From positions 25,751 through 89,750 of the forward strand of contig JAQTZP010000004.1 of NCBI GenBank assembly GCA_028687715.1: a DNA stretch of 64,000 bases, written 5' to 3'. Position numbers and translations under genes: made by a program. The notes under the pieces were generated by a model that saw only the letters and a list, made by a program, of their open reading frames with translations, was not told the origin of the DNA and did no database searches. Shown here piece by piece: positions 46,107 through 55,985 of the stretch. Numbering within the stretch: position 1 is the stretch's first letter; every line of letters begins with the position of its first letter. This DNA comes from Minisyncoccota bacterium. Its GTDB lineage: Bacteria; Patescibacteriota; Minisyncoccia; Minisyncoccales; GWA2-38-27.

Positions 46107-47561
46107 ATGAAGATACATAAAGAAATAATATCTATTATAAATAAGCTTGAGAAAAAGGGATTTGAAGCTTATCTTGTCGGAGGATGCGTTCGTGATTTTC
46201 TGAAAAACAGAGAGCCAGAAGACTGGGATATTGCAACTAATGCCAGACCAGAGGAGATAATTAAAGTTTTTCCTAAAAGCTTTTCAGATAATAAATTCGG
46301 CACTGTCAGAGTTTTAACAGGCTCTAAAAACCAAAGATTAAAAGAAGTAGAGATTACTCCTTACAGAATTGATGAAAAATACAGCGATAGAAGGCATCCT
46401 GATAAGGTGGTTTGGGCAAAGACAATAAAAGAGGATTTATCAAGAAGGGATTTTACTATAAACGCAATGGCAATAGGGGTTCGGAAACCTTTAAGTATCA
46501 TAGATCCCTCCAATGGGCAGAAAGACTTAAAAAACAGAATAATTAGGGCGGTAGGGAACCCCCAGGACAGATTTTCAGAAGATGCCTTAAGGATGATGAG
46601 GGCAGTAAGATTCAGCGTTTGTTTGGATTTTAAAATAGAGGAAAATACTGCTTCTGCCATTTCAAAGAATTCTTTCTGGCTAAGCGCTATTTCAAAAGAA
46701 AGGATAAGAGATGAGTTTTTAAAGATCATTATGAGCGATAAAGCAAGTAAAGGAATAGAGGTTTTGAGAGAATTAGGCCTTTTAAAGCATATTGTTCCTG
46801 AGCTTGAAGAAGGATACGGAGTTTCTCAGAATAAGCATCATATCTATAACTGCTACGAGCATTCTTTGAAGTCTTTAGATTATGCCGCTAAAAAGAATTT
46901 TAATAAATATGTCAGGCTTACTGCGCTTTTCCATGATATTGCAAAGCCAAGGGTTAAAAAAGGGGAAGGTCCGGATTCTACTTTTTACAATCATGAAGTA
47001 GTCGGCGCCAAGATGACAGCTCAAATCTTGGAAAGACTGAGATTTTCTAAAAAAGATATTGAAAAGATTGTAAAGCTTGTAAGATACCATCTTTTCTATT
47101 ATAACGTAGGAGAAGTTTCAGAAGCTTCAGTTAGAAGGTTAGTCAGCAGGGTTGGCATAGAGAATATGGATGAGCTGCTTCAGGTTAGAATGGCAGACAG
47201 GATAGGTTCAGGCGTTCCAAAAGCAGAGCCTTACAAATTAAGGCATCTGCGCTATATTATCGAAAAGGCTTCTCGGGACCCTATTTCATCAAAGATGCTT
47301 AAGGTTAATGGAAACGATGTAATGAAGATATTAAATATTAAAGCTGGTCCTAAAGTAGGATTAATTTTAGAGATATTATTAGGTCTTGTTTTATCAGACC
47401 CAAAGAATAATAAAAAAGAGTTTTTGAGGAGAGAAATTAAAAATCTAGGAAACAAGCCTGATGATAATTTAAAAGGACTTGCCTTTAAGGCGAAGAAAGA
47501 AAGAGAGGATATAGAGACAAAAAAAGACAGGATGACTAAAGAGAAATACTGGGTTAGCTAA
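46107..47561 (+). CDS. cca: CCA-adding enzyme (tRNA nucleotidyltransferase, class II, with HD domain)
   Basis: Pol-beta NT motif YLVGGCVRDFLL...DWDIAT; RRDFTINAMA; HD domain (HHIYNCYEHSL...LFHDIAKP). Confidence 0.8.
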   Translation: MKIHKEIISIINKLEKKGFEAYLVGGCVRDFLKNREPEDWDIATNARPEEIIKVFPKSFSDNKFGTVRVLTGSKNQRLKEVEITPYRIDEKYSDRRHPDKVVWAKTIKEDLSRRDFTINAMAIGVRKPLSIIDPSNGQKDLKNRIIRAVGNPQDRFSEDALRMMRAVRFSVCLDFKIEENTASAISKNSFWLSAISKERIRDEFLKIIMSDKASKGIEVLRELGLLKHIVPELEEGYGVSQNKHHIYNCYEHSLKSLDYAAKKNFNKYVRLTALFHDIAKPRVKKGEGPDSTFYNHEVVGAKMTAQILERLRFSKKDIEKIVKLVRYHLFYYNVGEVSEASVRRLVSRVGIENMDELLQVRMADRIGSGVPKAEPYKLRHLRYIIEKASRDPISSKMLKVNGNDVMKILNIKAGPKVGLILEILLGLVLSDPKNNKKEFLRREIKNLGNKPDDNLKGLAFKAKKEREDIETKKDRMTKEKYWVS

Positions 47562-47633
47562 ACGGAGCGTAATATAACGGCAGTATACACCCTTCGGGAG
47601 GGTGCGGTCTGAGTTCGATTCTCAGCGCTCCGA
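47562..47633 (+). tRNA. tRNA-Pro (anticodon CGG), no encoded CCA
   Basis: Acceptor CGGAGCG/CGCTCCG; anticodon arm CACCC-TTCGGGA-GGGTG with G37; T-arm CTGAG-TTCGATT-CTCAG. The D-arm is slightly irregular. Confidence 0.65.
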
Positions 47634-47643
47634 ATGATATTTA

Positions 47644-49851
47644 TTATCTCATTGTCAAAGCGTTTAAAACAACGCTTATTGAAGAAAATGCCATTGCCCC
47701 AGCTGCAACAGCAGGGTTTAAGAGCCAGCCGGTAAAAGGATATAATATGCCGGCTGCTACAGGTATTCCTATTATATTATAAGAGAATGCCCAGAAAAGA
47801 TTCTGCTTTATTTTTCTTAAGGTGTATTTGCTTAATTTTATAGCTTTTACCACGTCTCTTAAGTCGTCCTTTATTAAAACTATCTCTCCTGTTTCTATTG
47901 ATATGTCAGTGCCTGAGCCAAGCGCAATGCCTAAGTCAGCTTGGGCTAATGCCGGAGCATCGTTTATCCCGTCTCCAACCATTGCTATAACATTGTTTTT
48001 AGTTTGCAGTTTTTTTATCTCTTTGGCCTTTTCTTGAGGCAGGACTTCGGCTAATACATAATCTATGCCTACTTGCTTTGCCATTGCTTCGGCAGATGTT
48101 TTGTTATCTCCGGTAATTATAGCTGTCTTTTTGCCCATATTATGAATCATCTTTACTGCTTCTTTTGAATATTCCTTCAGCGTATCGCTTACAGCAATAG
48201 CCCCGATAATTTCTTTATCCAGGGCAAGGATTGCAACGGTTTTGCCCTGATTTTCCAGTTCATTTAATTTATCTTCAATTTCCTTATAATCTATCTCGTT
48301 TTCATTCATTAGCTTCCTTGTGCCCAGTAGAGCTTTCATTTTATTAATTTCAGCTTTAATTCCTTTGCCTGGAACTGCTTGGAAGTTTTGAACCAAGGTA
48401 AGTTCTATTTTTTCTTTTTCTGCTCTTTGAATAACAGCTTGAGCCAAAGGATGCTCTGAGTTTTTTTCAATTGAGGCTGCAATTTTTAATATCTCAATGT
48501 TAGAATGTTCTTTGTTAGAGATTATATCAGTAACAACAGGCTCTCCCTTTGTTAATGTCCCTGTTTTGTCAAAAACAACCATATTAATCTTTTCAGCGGC
48601 CTCCAGCGCCCGACTGGTTTTAATAAGTATTCCTTTTTGGGCCGATAAGCCTGTTCCCATCATTACTGCTACCGGAGTTGCCAGTCCTAAAGCGCAGGGG
48701 CAGGCAATAATTAAAACTGCTACAAATACTGTTAGACTGAAGGCAAGCGACTTGCCGACTATCAGCCAGAAAATAAGTGATAGAAAAGCGATAATAATTA
48801 CCGATGGGACGAAATAAAAAGATACTTTATCTGCCAACAGCTGAATAGGCGCCTTAGACTCCATCGCTTCTTCAACTGTTTTCACGATTTGGCTGAGCAT
48901 TGTGTCTTTTCCGACTTTAGTAACTTTAAAACTTAAGGCCCCTGTTTTATTTATGGTGCCGCCGATAACTATATCTCCTTTTTTCTTTTCAACAGGCATG
49001 CTTTCTCCTGTGATAGTTTTTTCATCAACACTTGAATATCCATCAAATACAACTCCGTCAATTGGAATCTTTTCGCCCGGCTTTACTAAAATCATATCGC
49101 CTATTTTAACCTTAGAAATAGGAACTTTTATCTGCTGGTTGTTTTTTAAAATAGTAGCTTCTTTTGGCTGAAGTCCAATTAGTTTTTTTATTGCTTGGCT
49201 TGTTTTTCCTTTGGTAACTGCTTCAAGATATTTCCCTAAGGATATAAAGAGGAGGATTAAGGCGGCACTTTCAAAATAGAGATCTGCTTGGGTGATATTT
49301 AAAAAAGAAACAGCGGTACTATAAAAATAGGCGGCTGAAGTGCCTATGAAAACCAAAGAGTCCATGTTTGGGCTAAGCCGCACTAAACCCTTAAAGCCGT
49401 TCTGCCAGAGATAAAAAGAAGAAGCTACTACTAAAGTAGTGAGTATAAATTGGATTATATAATTATACCTTATTATCAATTGGGGGATATAAAGGCCAAA
49501 AAGGCTTAAAGCCATCATAATAATTAAGGGAAGGCTGAAAATTAAAGAAAAGAGAAAGCGGTTTCTCAGCTTTCTAACCTCTTCTTCTTTTTCTATTCTG
49601 TGATGGTCGTGATGATGATTCTTGAGGCTTTCATTATTGATGTCGTTTGCCTTATAGCCTGCTTTTTCTATTATTTCCTTTATTTTCTCAACGCTGATTT
49701 TTTCAGGCTCAAGCTCAATAGATGCTTTTTCTGAGGCAAAGTTTATACCAACAGAAATAATACCTTTCTCTTTTTTAAGGATTTTTTCAATATTTAAAGC
49801 GCAGGAAACACAACTCATCTTGGATATTTTTAAGATGATTTTTTGAGTCAT
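47644..49851 (-). CDS. copA: Copper-translocating P1B-type ATPase
   Basis: N-terminal HMA domain ([12 protein letters not shown]); transmembrane CPC motif ([10 protein letters not shown]); DKTGTLT phosphorylation site; [10 protein letters not shown] hinge. Confidence 0.9.
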   Translation of the reverse strand: MTQKIILKISKMSCVSCALNIEKILKKEKGIISVGINFASEKASIELEPEKISVEKIKEIIEKAGYKANDINNESLKNHHHDHHRIEKEEEVRKLRNRFLFSLIFSLPLIIMMALSLFGLYIPQLIIRYNYIIQFILTTLVVASSFYLWQNGFKGLVRLSPNMDSLVFIGTSAAYFYSTAVSFLNITQADLYFESAALILLFISLGKYLEAVTKGKTSQAIKKLIGLQPKEATILKNNQQIKVPISKVKIGDMILVKPGEKIPIDGVVFDGYSSVDEKTITGESMPVEKKKGDIVIGGTINKTGALSFKVTKVGKDTMLSQIVKTVEEAMESKAPIQLLADKVSFYFVPSVIIIAFLSLIFWLIVGKSLAFSLTVFVAVLIIACPCALGLATPVAVMMGTGLSAQKGILIKTSRALEAAEKINMVVFDKTGTLTKGEPVVTDIISNKEHSNIEILKIAASIEKNSEHPLAQAVIQRAEKEKIELTLVQNFQAVPGKGIKAEINKMKALLGTRKLMNENEIDYKEIEDKLNELENQGKTVAILALDKEIIGAIAVSDTLKEYSKEAVKMIHNMGKKTAIITGDNKTSAEAMAKQVGIDYVLAEVLPQEKAKEIKKLQTKNNVIAMVGDGINDAPALAQADLGIALGSGTDISIETGEIVLIKDDLRDVVKAIKLSKYTLRKIKQNLFWAFSYNIIGIPVAAGILYPFTGWLLNPAVAAGAMAFSSISVVLNALTMR

Positions 49852-49867
49852 TGATTTTTATAGATAA

Positions 49868-50083
49868 TTACTTTTTATCAGTCAGCATTTTGTTAGCTTC
49901 TTTTAAAAAACCTTCCATGTCAATTTTATACATCTGGGCAATATCTGATATTTTTAGGAATTGTTTTTCCTGAGCTGCCATAGGACAGCCAAGGCATGGG
50001 AAATTATACTTTAAGATAATATCTGTAAGCTCTGGAATTTCCATAAGTTCTTTTAAGGTAGTGTCTTTTGTTATCTTTTTCAT
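49868..50083 (-). CDS. DUF1858-type small redox-disulfide protein
   Basis: 71 aa with CLGCPMA, reminiscent of the hybrid-cluster-protein-associated redox disulfide domain. Confidence 0.45.
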   Translation of the reverse strand: MKKITKDTTLKELMEIPELTDIILKYNFPCLGCPMAAQEKQFLKISDIAQMYKIDMEGFLKEANKMLTDKK

Positions 50084-50102
50084 GGTATTTAAACTTAATT
50101 AT

Positions 50103-51620
50103 TTATTTTTCAACTCCGCAGCTGCAGCCTGAATCTTTGTTTTGCTCCGGCAGATATTCATTTGCTTTCTTGGTTATAACGCTGGCGGAGCTGTTTGGCT
50201 CAACTGCTTCAATTGTGCCAGAAACCATTCCCATCCAACAGCTAAACTTATATCTTCCCGGTTTATCTATAGTGAATTCCTTGATGCTGGTTTTTCCAGG
50301 GGTTAGATTAATTTCTCCTTCAAACAAATCCTTAGAAATTACAGCATTGGTGCAGCCGCTGGTTCCCAAATCTGTTATTTCCCATCTAACTGGCATGCCG
50401 GTTTTGATTATAAAGTAGTTGGGGGAGTAGCCCCGGCTTGTGGCAGTCATCTTTATAACCTGAATATTATTTTCTATCGGAGCAAAACTGCTTTGATCGT
50501 TAACTTTATTTAAATTATCTAAGCTGTAAAACCCTAAAACATTTAATTGAGAATTTATATTATATACAGCAAAAAATAAAACTAAGATTCCAGCTGTTTT
50601 TAAGAAATTGTTTGACAAGACCTGGTTTTTAGAAAATCTTACAGAAGAAAGCCCGATTATTAAAAGCATTGGCAGGGTTCCTAAGGCGAAAAAGAGCATA
50701 ATAAGGCTTCCTTTGATGGGGCTGCCTGATAAAAGAGCTATTCCTTGGGCCGTAATAGTGAAGCCGCAGGGGAGAAAAAAAGTAGAGGCCCCCATTAAAA
50801 AAGGCATATATTTTCCTTCAAAACTATGTTTGTCAGCAATCTTTCGGGCTATGATTTTTGGCAGACCAAACCTTATTTTCTGAAATCTTTTAAAGCCAAG
50901 CATCTGAAGACCCATAACTGCCATTATTATAGATACGCCGATAACCAGTATTGAAGTAAAAGATAAAGAAATCTGAAGTTTTTGACCGATTAATCCCAAT
51001 GCTGCTCCGAAAAAGGCATAAGAGATAATTCTCCCGGAGTTAAACATTATATGGGGCTGGATCTTTTCTGAGAAGTAATTCTTTGATGAATAAAGTTCTG
51101 TCCATTGCTTTGACATTGACAGGATGAGGCCGCCGACAAGAGCCGCACAGCTTGAAATTCCAGCTGCAAGACCAAGCCCGAAAAACATTGCTAAAGATGA
51201 TGTTGAATTTACGTTAATTAGTTCTGAGATGCCTAAGTTTTTAAGAATAATAAAGACTGAGATTATTACAAAAGATATTGATAAAGCGGTTAATATGCTT
51301 TTTTTAGCAGAATCTTGTTTAAATGGATTATTTGAAAAATAGTAGTTTTCTTTTTCAAAGGCTTTATTTAAAATTTCTGTTTTCGGCAGATTTCCTTCGT
51401 ACTCTATCACCACTTTATTTTCAGAAAGCGAGGCATCGGCTGATTTTATTTCTTTAAAATCTTCCAATAATTTCTTTTCAATTAAAATCTCGCAAGAAGC
51501 GCAGTGCATTCCTTTTAGATAATAAGTGTGTTTTTTTAAATTAGACATAAAATGATTATTTATTAAATAATCTAATGACTTTAAGAATCTCTTCCACCAT
51601 TTCCTGCTTCCTTTTTTCAT
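50103..51620 (-). CDS. HMA-domain membrane protein (N-terminal MxCxxC metal-binding domain, DsbD/CcdA-like thiol-containing transmembrane core, C-terminal cupredoxin-like domain); probable Cu handling
   Basis: GMHCASCEILIEK (HMA motif); transmembrane cysteines AGISSCAALVGG and FFLPCGFTITAQG; a C-terminal beta-rich domain with C/M/H residues. The true start is probably the internal Met (MSNLKKHTYYLKG), near 51545. Confidence 0.45.
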   Translation of the reverse strand: MKKGSRKWWKRFLKSLDYLINNHFMSNLKKHTYYLKGMHCASCEILIEKKLLEDFKEIKSADASLSENKVVIEYEGNLPKTEILNKAFEKENYYFSNNPFKQDSAKKSILTALSISFVIISVFIILKNLGISELINVNSTSSLAMFFGLGLAAGISSCAALVGGLILSMSKQWTELYSSKNYFSEKIQPHIMFNSGRIISYAFFGAALGLIGQKLQISLSFTSILVIGVSIIMAVMGLQMLGFKRFQKIRFGLPKIIARKIADKHSFEGKYMPFLMGASTFFLPCGFTITAQGIALLSGSPIKGSLIMLFFALGTLPMLLIIGLSSVRFSKNQVLSNNFLKTAGILVLFFAVYNINSQLNVLGFYSLDNLNKVNDQSSFAPIENNIQVIKMTATSRGYSPNYFIIKTGMPVRWEITDLGTSGCTNAVISKDLFEGEINLTPGKTSIKEFTIDKPGRYKFSCWMGMVSGTIEAVEPNSSASVITKKANEYLPEQNKDSGCSCGVEK

Positions 51621-51828
51621 TTTTTGCCTCTATTGCTTTTTTAAAACAGCTGTTTAAATGGTCTTCCATTATCATTTGATGAGCTGATTTTAAAAGGCCT
51701 AAAACAGCTAAATTCTGCTGCATAACGTCAATGCAGTATTTTTCTTCCTCCACCATTTTTATAATTTTAGAAATTAGGCTCTGGGCTTTTTTAAAATTAA
51801 TAAGGGTTTTTTCTTTTTTATAGGGCAT
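51556..51828 (-). CDS. csoR: CsoR/RcnR-family metal-sensing transcriptional repressor
   Basis: 90 aa and all-helical, with YCIDVMQQ...H...C, the Cys-His-Cys copper-sensing pattern of CsoR. Confidence 0.7.
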   Translation of the reverse strand: MPYKKEKTLINFKKAQSLISKIIKMVEEEKYCIDVMQQNLAVLGLLKSAHQMIMEDHLNSCFKKAIEAKNEKRKQEMVEEILKVIRLFNK

Positions 51829-51852
51829 AGTTTTAGTTCAGTATAATATATT

Positions 51853-51878
51853 ATACCAATACCATAGGTATAGGTATA
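51853..51878. promoter_or_regulatory. Candidate CsoR operator: 26-nt near-perfect palindrome in the csoR promoter region
   Basis: ATACCAATACC-AT-AGGTATAGGTAT (11 of 12 positions complementary) lies immediately upstream of the minus-strand csoR start, embedded in TATAAT-like sequence. Confidence 0.4.
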
Positions 51879-51961
51879 TTATAATATTATCATTCCAAAA
51901 TCTTATGTCAATAGCAGGTTGCTTTTTAGATCAAAAAATGATATTGTTTAAAGATAGAATT

Positions 51962-52032
51962 GGGCCTTTAGTTTAACGGCAAAACACGGCATTCGCATTG
52001 CCGGGATGGCGGTTCAATTCCGCCCAGGTCCA
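51962..52032 (+). tRNA. tRNA-Ala (anticodon CGC), no encoded CCA
   Basis: G3.U70 wobble identity element in the acceptor stem; D-arm GTTT-AACGGCA-AAAC; anticodon arm CGGCA-TTCGCAT-TGCCG; T-arm GGCGG-TTCAATT-CCGCC. Confidence 0.75.
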
Positions 52033-52036
52033 TAAT

Positions 52037-52963
52037 TTAGTCTAAGATATTTCTCACAATGATTTGTGAGATATCTATGTTTGCCTCTTTTCTGTTTATC
52101 GTATTGGTCAAATAAAGCTTTGAGTATTTCTTCTTTATCTCTTTAATTCCTTCAGAAATTACCCCATGAGTTATTAGAGCAATTACCTTTTTTGCCTTGC
52201 ATTTTTTAGCAAAATCATAGAATTTGATTAAAGTTGCTCCGCTTCCTATTATGTCATCAACTACGGCTATAGTTTTTCCTTTGAGGTCAATTTCTTTAGA
52301 AGAAATCTTTATCTTGCAGTCATTTATCCTTTTCTTTTTTAAGCCGTTTATCCCTGTTCTTCTCTTTCCTCCTTTATCAGGAGACATAAATAGAATATCT
52401 TCTTTGAAGTCTTTTTTAGCTCTTTCAATCATTTCTTCTACAACTGATATGGCTTTAATAGGATATTTATTTATCCAGGCTCTTTTTCCAAAGTGAGGGT
52501 CAATCACATAGATCTTTTTAACAAGATAGTAAGTTATAAGTTTTTTAATTAGAGATAGAGCTGCGTTTGTTTCTCCTTTTTCAAAAACCTTATCTTGTCT
52601 GCTGTAGGGGAAATAAGAGAAAAATACCTCAGGCCTTATATCGTAATCTTTTAATATTTCTAAGATTAGCTCCAGTTCTATTATTCCCTCATTTGGATCA
52701 GGCGCCCCTGAATGCAAAATAACAACTCTTTTATTCTTAAGTCTTTCAGCTTCTGGGATTTTAACATATATTTCTTTATCTAAAAACTGCCTTTCCCCTC
52801 TTTTATTCTCTTTAGGGAAAACAGCTTTTATTTGTTTTTCTTTTATCTTTTTGATTAAATACTGAGCTTTGGATGTTGAAATGATATAAGTTGTCATTAA
52901 TGTTATTTTAGATAAAAAAGGATATAAAATCAAAAACAAGCTCCTGGTTTTTATCAGGAGCAA
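52037..52963 (-). CDS. prs: Ribose-phosphate pyrophosphokinase (PRPP synthetase)
   Basis: PRPP-binding loop VVDDIIGSGATL; MSPDKGGKRR region. The likely true start is the internal Met (MTTYIIS). Confidence 0.7.
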   Translation of the reverse strand: MLLIKTRSLFLILYPFLSKITLMTTYIISTSKAQYLIKKIKEKQIKAVFPKENKRGERQFLDKEIYVKIPEAERLKNKRVVILHSGAPDPNEGIIELELILEILKDYDIRPEVFFSYFPYSRQDKVFEKGETNAALSLIKKLITYYLVKKIYVIDPHFGKRAWINKYPIKAISVVEEMIERAKKDFKEDILFMSPDKGGKRRTGINGLKKKRINDCKIKISSKEIDLKGKTIAVVDDIIGSGATLIKFYDFAKKCKAKKVIALITHGVISEGIKEIKKKYSKLYLTNTINRKEANIDISQIIVRNILD

Positions 52964-52966
52964 TAA

Positions 52967-53779
52967 CTAATCCTCTTGAGGCATAAAGTACTTTATTATA
53001 TCGACTACGCCTTGAGTGTTTGCAAATGGAGAAATTCTTCCTCTTTTTTCTCTCACAAGTTCCTTGCATTTTAGACTGGCATTTACCGGGCATCCAATCA
53101 GCCGGAGCTTCCTTAGAAAGGGTATGTCTTCTTTGGCGTCTCCTATGCCTATGGATCTTTTAAGATCTATTCCTTCACGCTCGGCTAAAAATTCTAAGCC
53201 AGTGCCTTTATTGATATTAGCCGGAAATACGCTTATTGAATTATAAAGCCGAATAACTCTTAGCATCCTGCGCTTTACAAAATAATTTAGCTCACCTCTT
53301 ATAACCTTACGCATTTGATCTAAGTCAAGAGGGCCTTCAACGCTTCTTATTCTCTCTATTGAAATTCCCACAAGGTTTCCATAGCAAAGAGACATTCCAG
53401 GATGATTTTTCAAAATTCTAGCCACTCTTTTTCTTAGAGTCCTTAGAAATAATCTTTTGATTCTGGGAGTTATGTCTGGGCTTAAGATTAGTTCTTTGGT
53501 CAAAGGGTTGAAAAGGGCAATTCCGTTTTCAATCACAGAAAAACAGTCAGGCAATCCTAAAAGACAAGCGATCATCTCAACACAGTTTCTGTTTCTGCCC
53601 GAGCAAAAGGTTATTTTAGGAAACATTCCTATTTTTGCCTTCTGAATTTTTTGAGCGAGCCAGAAAAGAGACTGATAATCAGAAAGGCAGACATTAGCGT
53701 CCTGGGAAAGCAGGCAGCCGTCTATATCAACAAAAATCCTGTTATTTGTCTCTGTCATAATTCTTTCTCCTGATATCAA
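52967..53779 (-). CDS. HAD-superfamily hydrolase, subfamily IIB (Cof / sugar-phosphate phosphatase-like)
   Basis: Motif I FVDIDGCLL and motif IV GIGDAKEDIPFL with a cap insertion between them. Confidence 0.6.
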   Translation of the reverse strand: MISGERIMTETNNRIFVDIDGCLLSQDANVCLSDYQSLFWLAQKIQKAKIGMFPKITFCSGRNRNCVEMIACLLGLPDCFSVIENGIALFNPLTKELILSPDITPRIKRLFLRTLRKRVARILKNHPGMSLCYGNLVGISIERIRSVEGPLDLDQMRKVIRGELNYFVKRRMLRVIRLYNSISVFPANINKGTGLEFLAEREGIDLKRSIGIGDAKEDIPFLRKLRLIGCPVNASLKCKELVREKRGRISPFANTQGVVDIIKYFMPQED

Positions 53780-53827
53780 GGTGCTTGATGTTTGAAAATC
53801 CTAAGGAGCTAAAAATAACCTGTTTAA

Positions 53828-54256
53828 TTAGACTATTTTTAACTCCCTAGCCACCTCTTCGTTAAGTTTGGTGGTAATTAAATTCTTAATGTCTGAAACT
53901 CTTACCCATCTTATTTCTGATATTTCATGGGGTTCTTTAGGCCTGGCAGTTTGTTTTTTAGAGTTTAGGCGGCAAAGGTGGTAAACAATCATAACTGGAA
54001 ATTGATCATGAAGAGTCAAGCTGATTTGTTTAATCGATGTTATATCATATCCTGTTTCATCTAATACTTCCCGTCTTACGCATTCTTCTCTTGTTTCATT
54101 GTATCTCTGTTTTCCGCCTGGAAATGCCCAAATTAAGATAGATTCGTCTCTGCCTTTTTCCGGCTTTCTTCTTTTAATCATCAGGACTTCATTTTTGTCA
54201 TTGAGTATTATGCCTAAGTTTATGAAGTTTTTTGCTTCTTTTATTTCTTTTGTCAT
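53828..54256 (-). CDS. NUDIX hydrolase
   Basis: Nudix box GGKQRYNETREECVRREVLDETG (Gx5Ex7REUxEExGU). Confidence 0.8.
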   Translation of the reverse strand: MTKEIKEAKNFINLGIILNDKNEVLMIKRRKPEKGRDESILIWAFPGGKQRYNETREECVRREVLDETGYDITSIKQISLTLHDQFPVMIVYHLCRLNSKKQTARPKEPHEISEIRWVRVSDIKNLITTKLNEEVARELKIV

Positions 54257-54406
54257 AATTTTAATATTGAACCCTAGTTAAATATACCACTTTTTATGAA
54301 AAGGACAAGTTTTTAAGGCAATGTATTATATTGCCAAGGTCATTTAACTTTTAGGGTAAAAGTGGTAAAATAAGATAAATTATTTAAGATAGTATTAATA
54401 AAATTT

Positions 54407-54730
54407 ATGGAGTTTAAGAAATTGCAGAAAAAAATTATTAAAAACGCTTTAGATTATGGCAGAAAGTATAAAGTGAAAATAGACGAGGATTTTGCCTTTC
54501 TTAAATTATACGAAGAGGTTGGCGAGTTAACGCAGGATTTTTTAATTTACAAAAGAAAATGCAGACCGGAAAAATATTTATCTGAAAAAAGAGCTAAAGA
54601 AGAATTGGCAAAAGAACTCGCTGATGTTTTAGGGCTTATTGTGCTGAATGCCTACTTATTAAATATAGATTTAGAAGAGGCGATAGATAATAAGTGGATA
54701 AACAAAAAATGGATTAGCCAAAAGATATAG
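54407..54730 (+). CDS. MazG-like nucleoside triphosphate pyrophosphohydrolase domain protein
   Basis: EEVGELTQ and ELADVLGL are the EExxE/ExxD metal-binding helices of the all-alpha NTP-PPase fold. Confidence 0.5.
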   Translation: MEFKKLQKKIIKNALDYGRKYKVKIDEDFAFLKLYEEVGELTQDFLIYKRKCRPEKYLSEKRAKEELAKELADVLGLIVLNAYLLNIDLEEAIDNKWINKKWISQKI

Positions 54731-54968
54731 TATTTTAGCTTAATATGAGAAAAAAATAACTCCGAGATTGTTTATTTGAAATACAAAACTTGATTAAGAT
54801 TGATAAAAATTAAAGAAGAAAAGGATAGAGTCATAGACGGAAAATTTACAATAATTAACTGTTTTGAAACAATAACAGACACATTATTAAAAGTTCTGAT
54901 CACGCATTGAGCGAATTTAATCAAAGTAGATTAGCTAGATTTATACACAATAATTTAAATTAAAACTT

Positions 54969-55533
54969 ATGAAAAAAAGAAATATAGAAATAGAATTTCG
55001 ATCAATATTCAATAAACAAAAATATGATAATTTACGAGACTTTCTGGTAAAGAATGCCCAGAATCTCGGGGAAGATGATAAAGATGTTTTTTTTCTTCAC
55101 TCTTAAAGATAAACTTCTAAAAGTAGAAAATAATATCTCAAAGAAAAATGCCAATATCGTTCTAAAGCTGAATAGAATAGGAAATGGAAGTAATTTTGAA
55201 GAATTTGAATTACCTATTCCTCAAGACAAAGTTGACCAAGCAGTTAAAATATTTACTGCAATAAATCTTACTGACAATATAATGCATTCATTTCAACGAC
55301 GAATTAATTTTATTTATAAAGATGTTGAAATCGCCCTTAAATATAGTGATGTTTGGGGGTATCATCTTGAATTAGAGAAAATTATAAACGATGAAAAAGA
55401 AAAACAGATGGCTGAAGAAAAAATAAAAAAAGTGGCGAATGAATTAAAGATTAAATTAATGACCGACAAAGAACTTACCGAATTTACTAAAAAAGCGGAA
55501 GAAAATTACAGAAAATCAAAAAAATTATATTAA
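54969..55533 (+). pseudogene. CYTH-domain (triphosphate tunnel metalloenzyme-like) gene disrupted by a frameshift in a T8 homopolymer
   Basis: The upstream frame (ATG 54969) reads MKKRNIEIEFRSIFNKQKYDNLRDFLVKNAQNLGEDDKDVFFLHS* with a CYTH-like ExExK-type start. A -1 T in the T8 run at 55088-55095 would fuse it to the 55054..55533 ORF (..DVFFFTLKDKLLKVEN..). Confidence 0.5.
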
Positions 55534-55534
55534 A

Positions 55535-55975
55535 ATGGAAATAATTAAATATTCCAATCTTTCTCAAGAAGAAAAACAACTTGTAAATAAAGCTATAATG
55601 ATTGCCGAACAATCTAATTTTGGAGCTGATAATAAAATTGGTTGTGTAATTTTATGTAAAAATGGAGATGAATTTTATGGAGCAGTAATGGACAGAACTA
55701 GGGCTATAGGTTCTACTTGTGCAGAACGAATGGCCGTAGATTAATTATATTTCCATAATAATAAAAAACCCTGCCTAGTAGTACTAACAGGGGTATTTAA
55801 TAGAAAAGAGTGGACAAAGAGCACTATTTGTACTCCATGCGGAGTATGTTTAGAAATGTTTCTAATTCTATTATCATCTTTGAATTTAGATAATTTAAAC
55901 TTTCTCTGTTCAAGTTGGAACAAGAAGAGAATCCTTCGTACTAAGCTTACAGAACTTTATCCTCAGATAAGGTAA
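55535..55975 (+). pseudogene. cdd: Cytidine deaminase gene interrupted by an in-frame TAA
   Basis: The N-terminal part (..VILCKNGDEFYGAVMDRTRAIGSTCAERMAVD) stops at TAA 55742-55744. The same frame continues ..LYFHNNKKPCLVVLTGV..ICTPCGVCLEMF.., containing the second zinc ligands (PCxxC). The CAE and PCGVC motifs are correctly spaced for Cdd. Confidence 0.55.
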
Positions 55976-55985
55976 TTCTTGAAAT

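Noticed and set aside
55741-55923. 60-aa minus-strand ORF
   Set aside because: It lies antisense to the cdd pseudogene body, and the plus-strand frame carries the conserved deaminase motifs.
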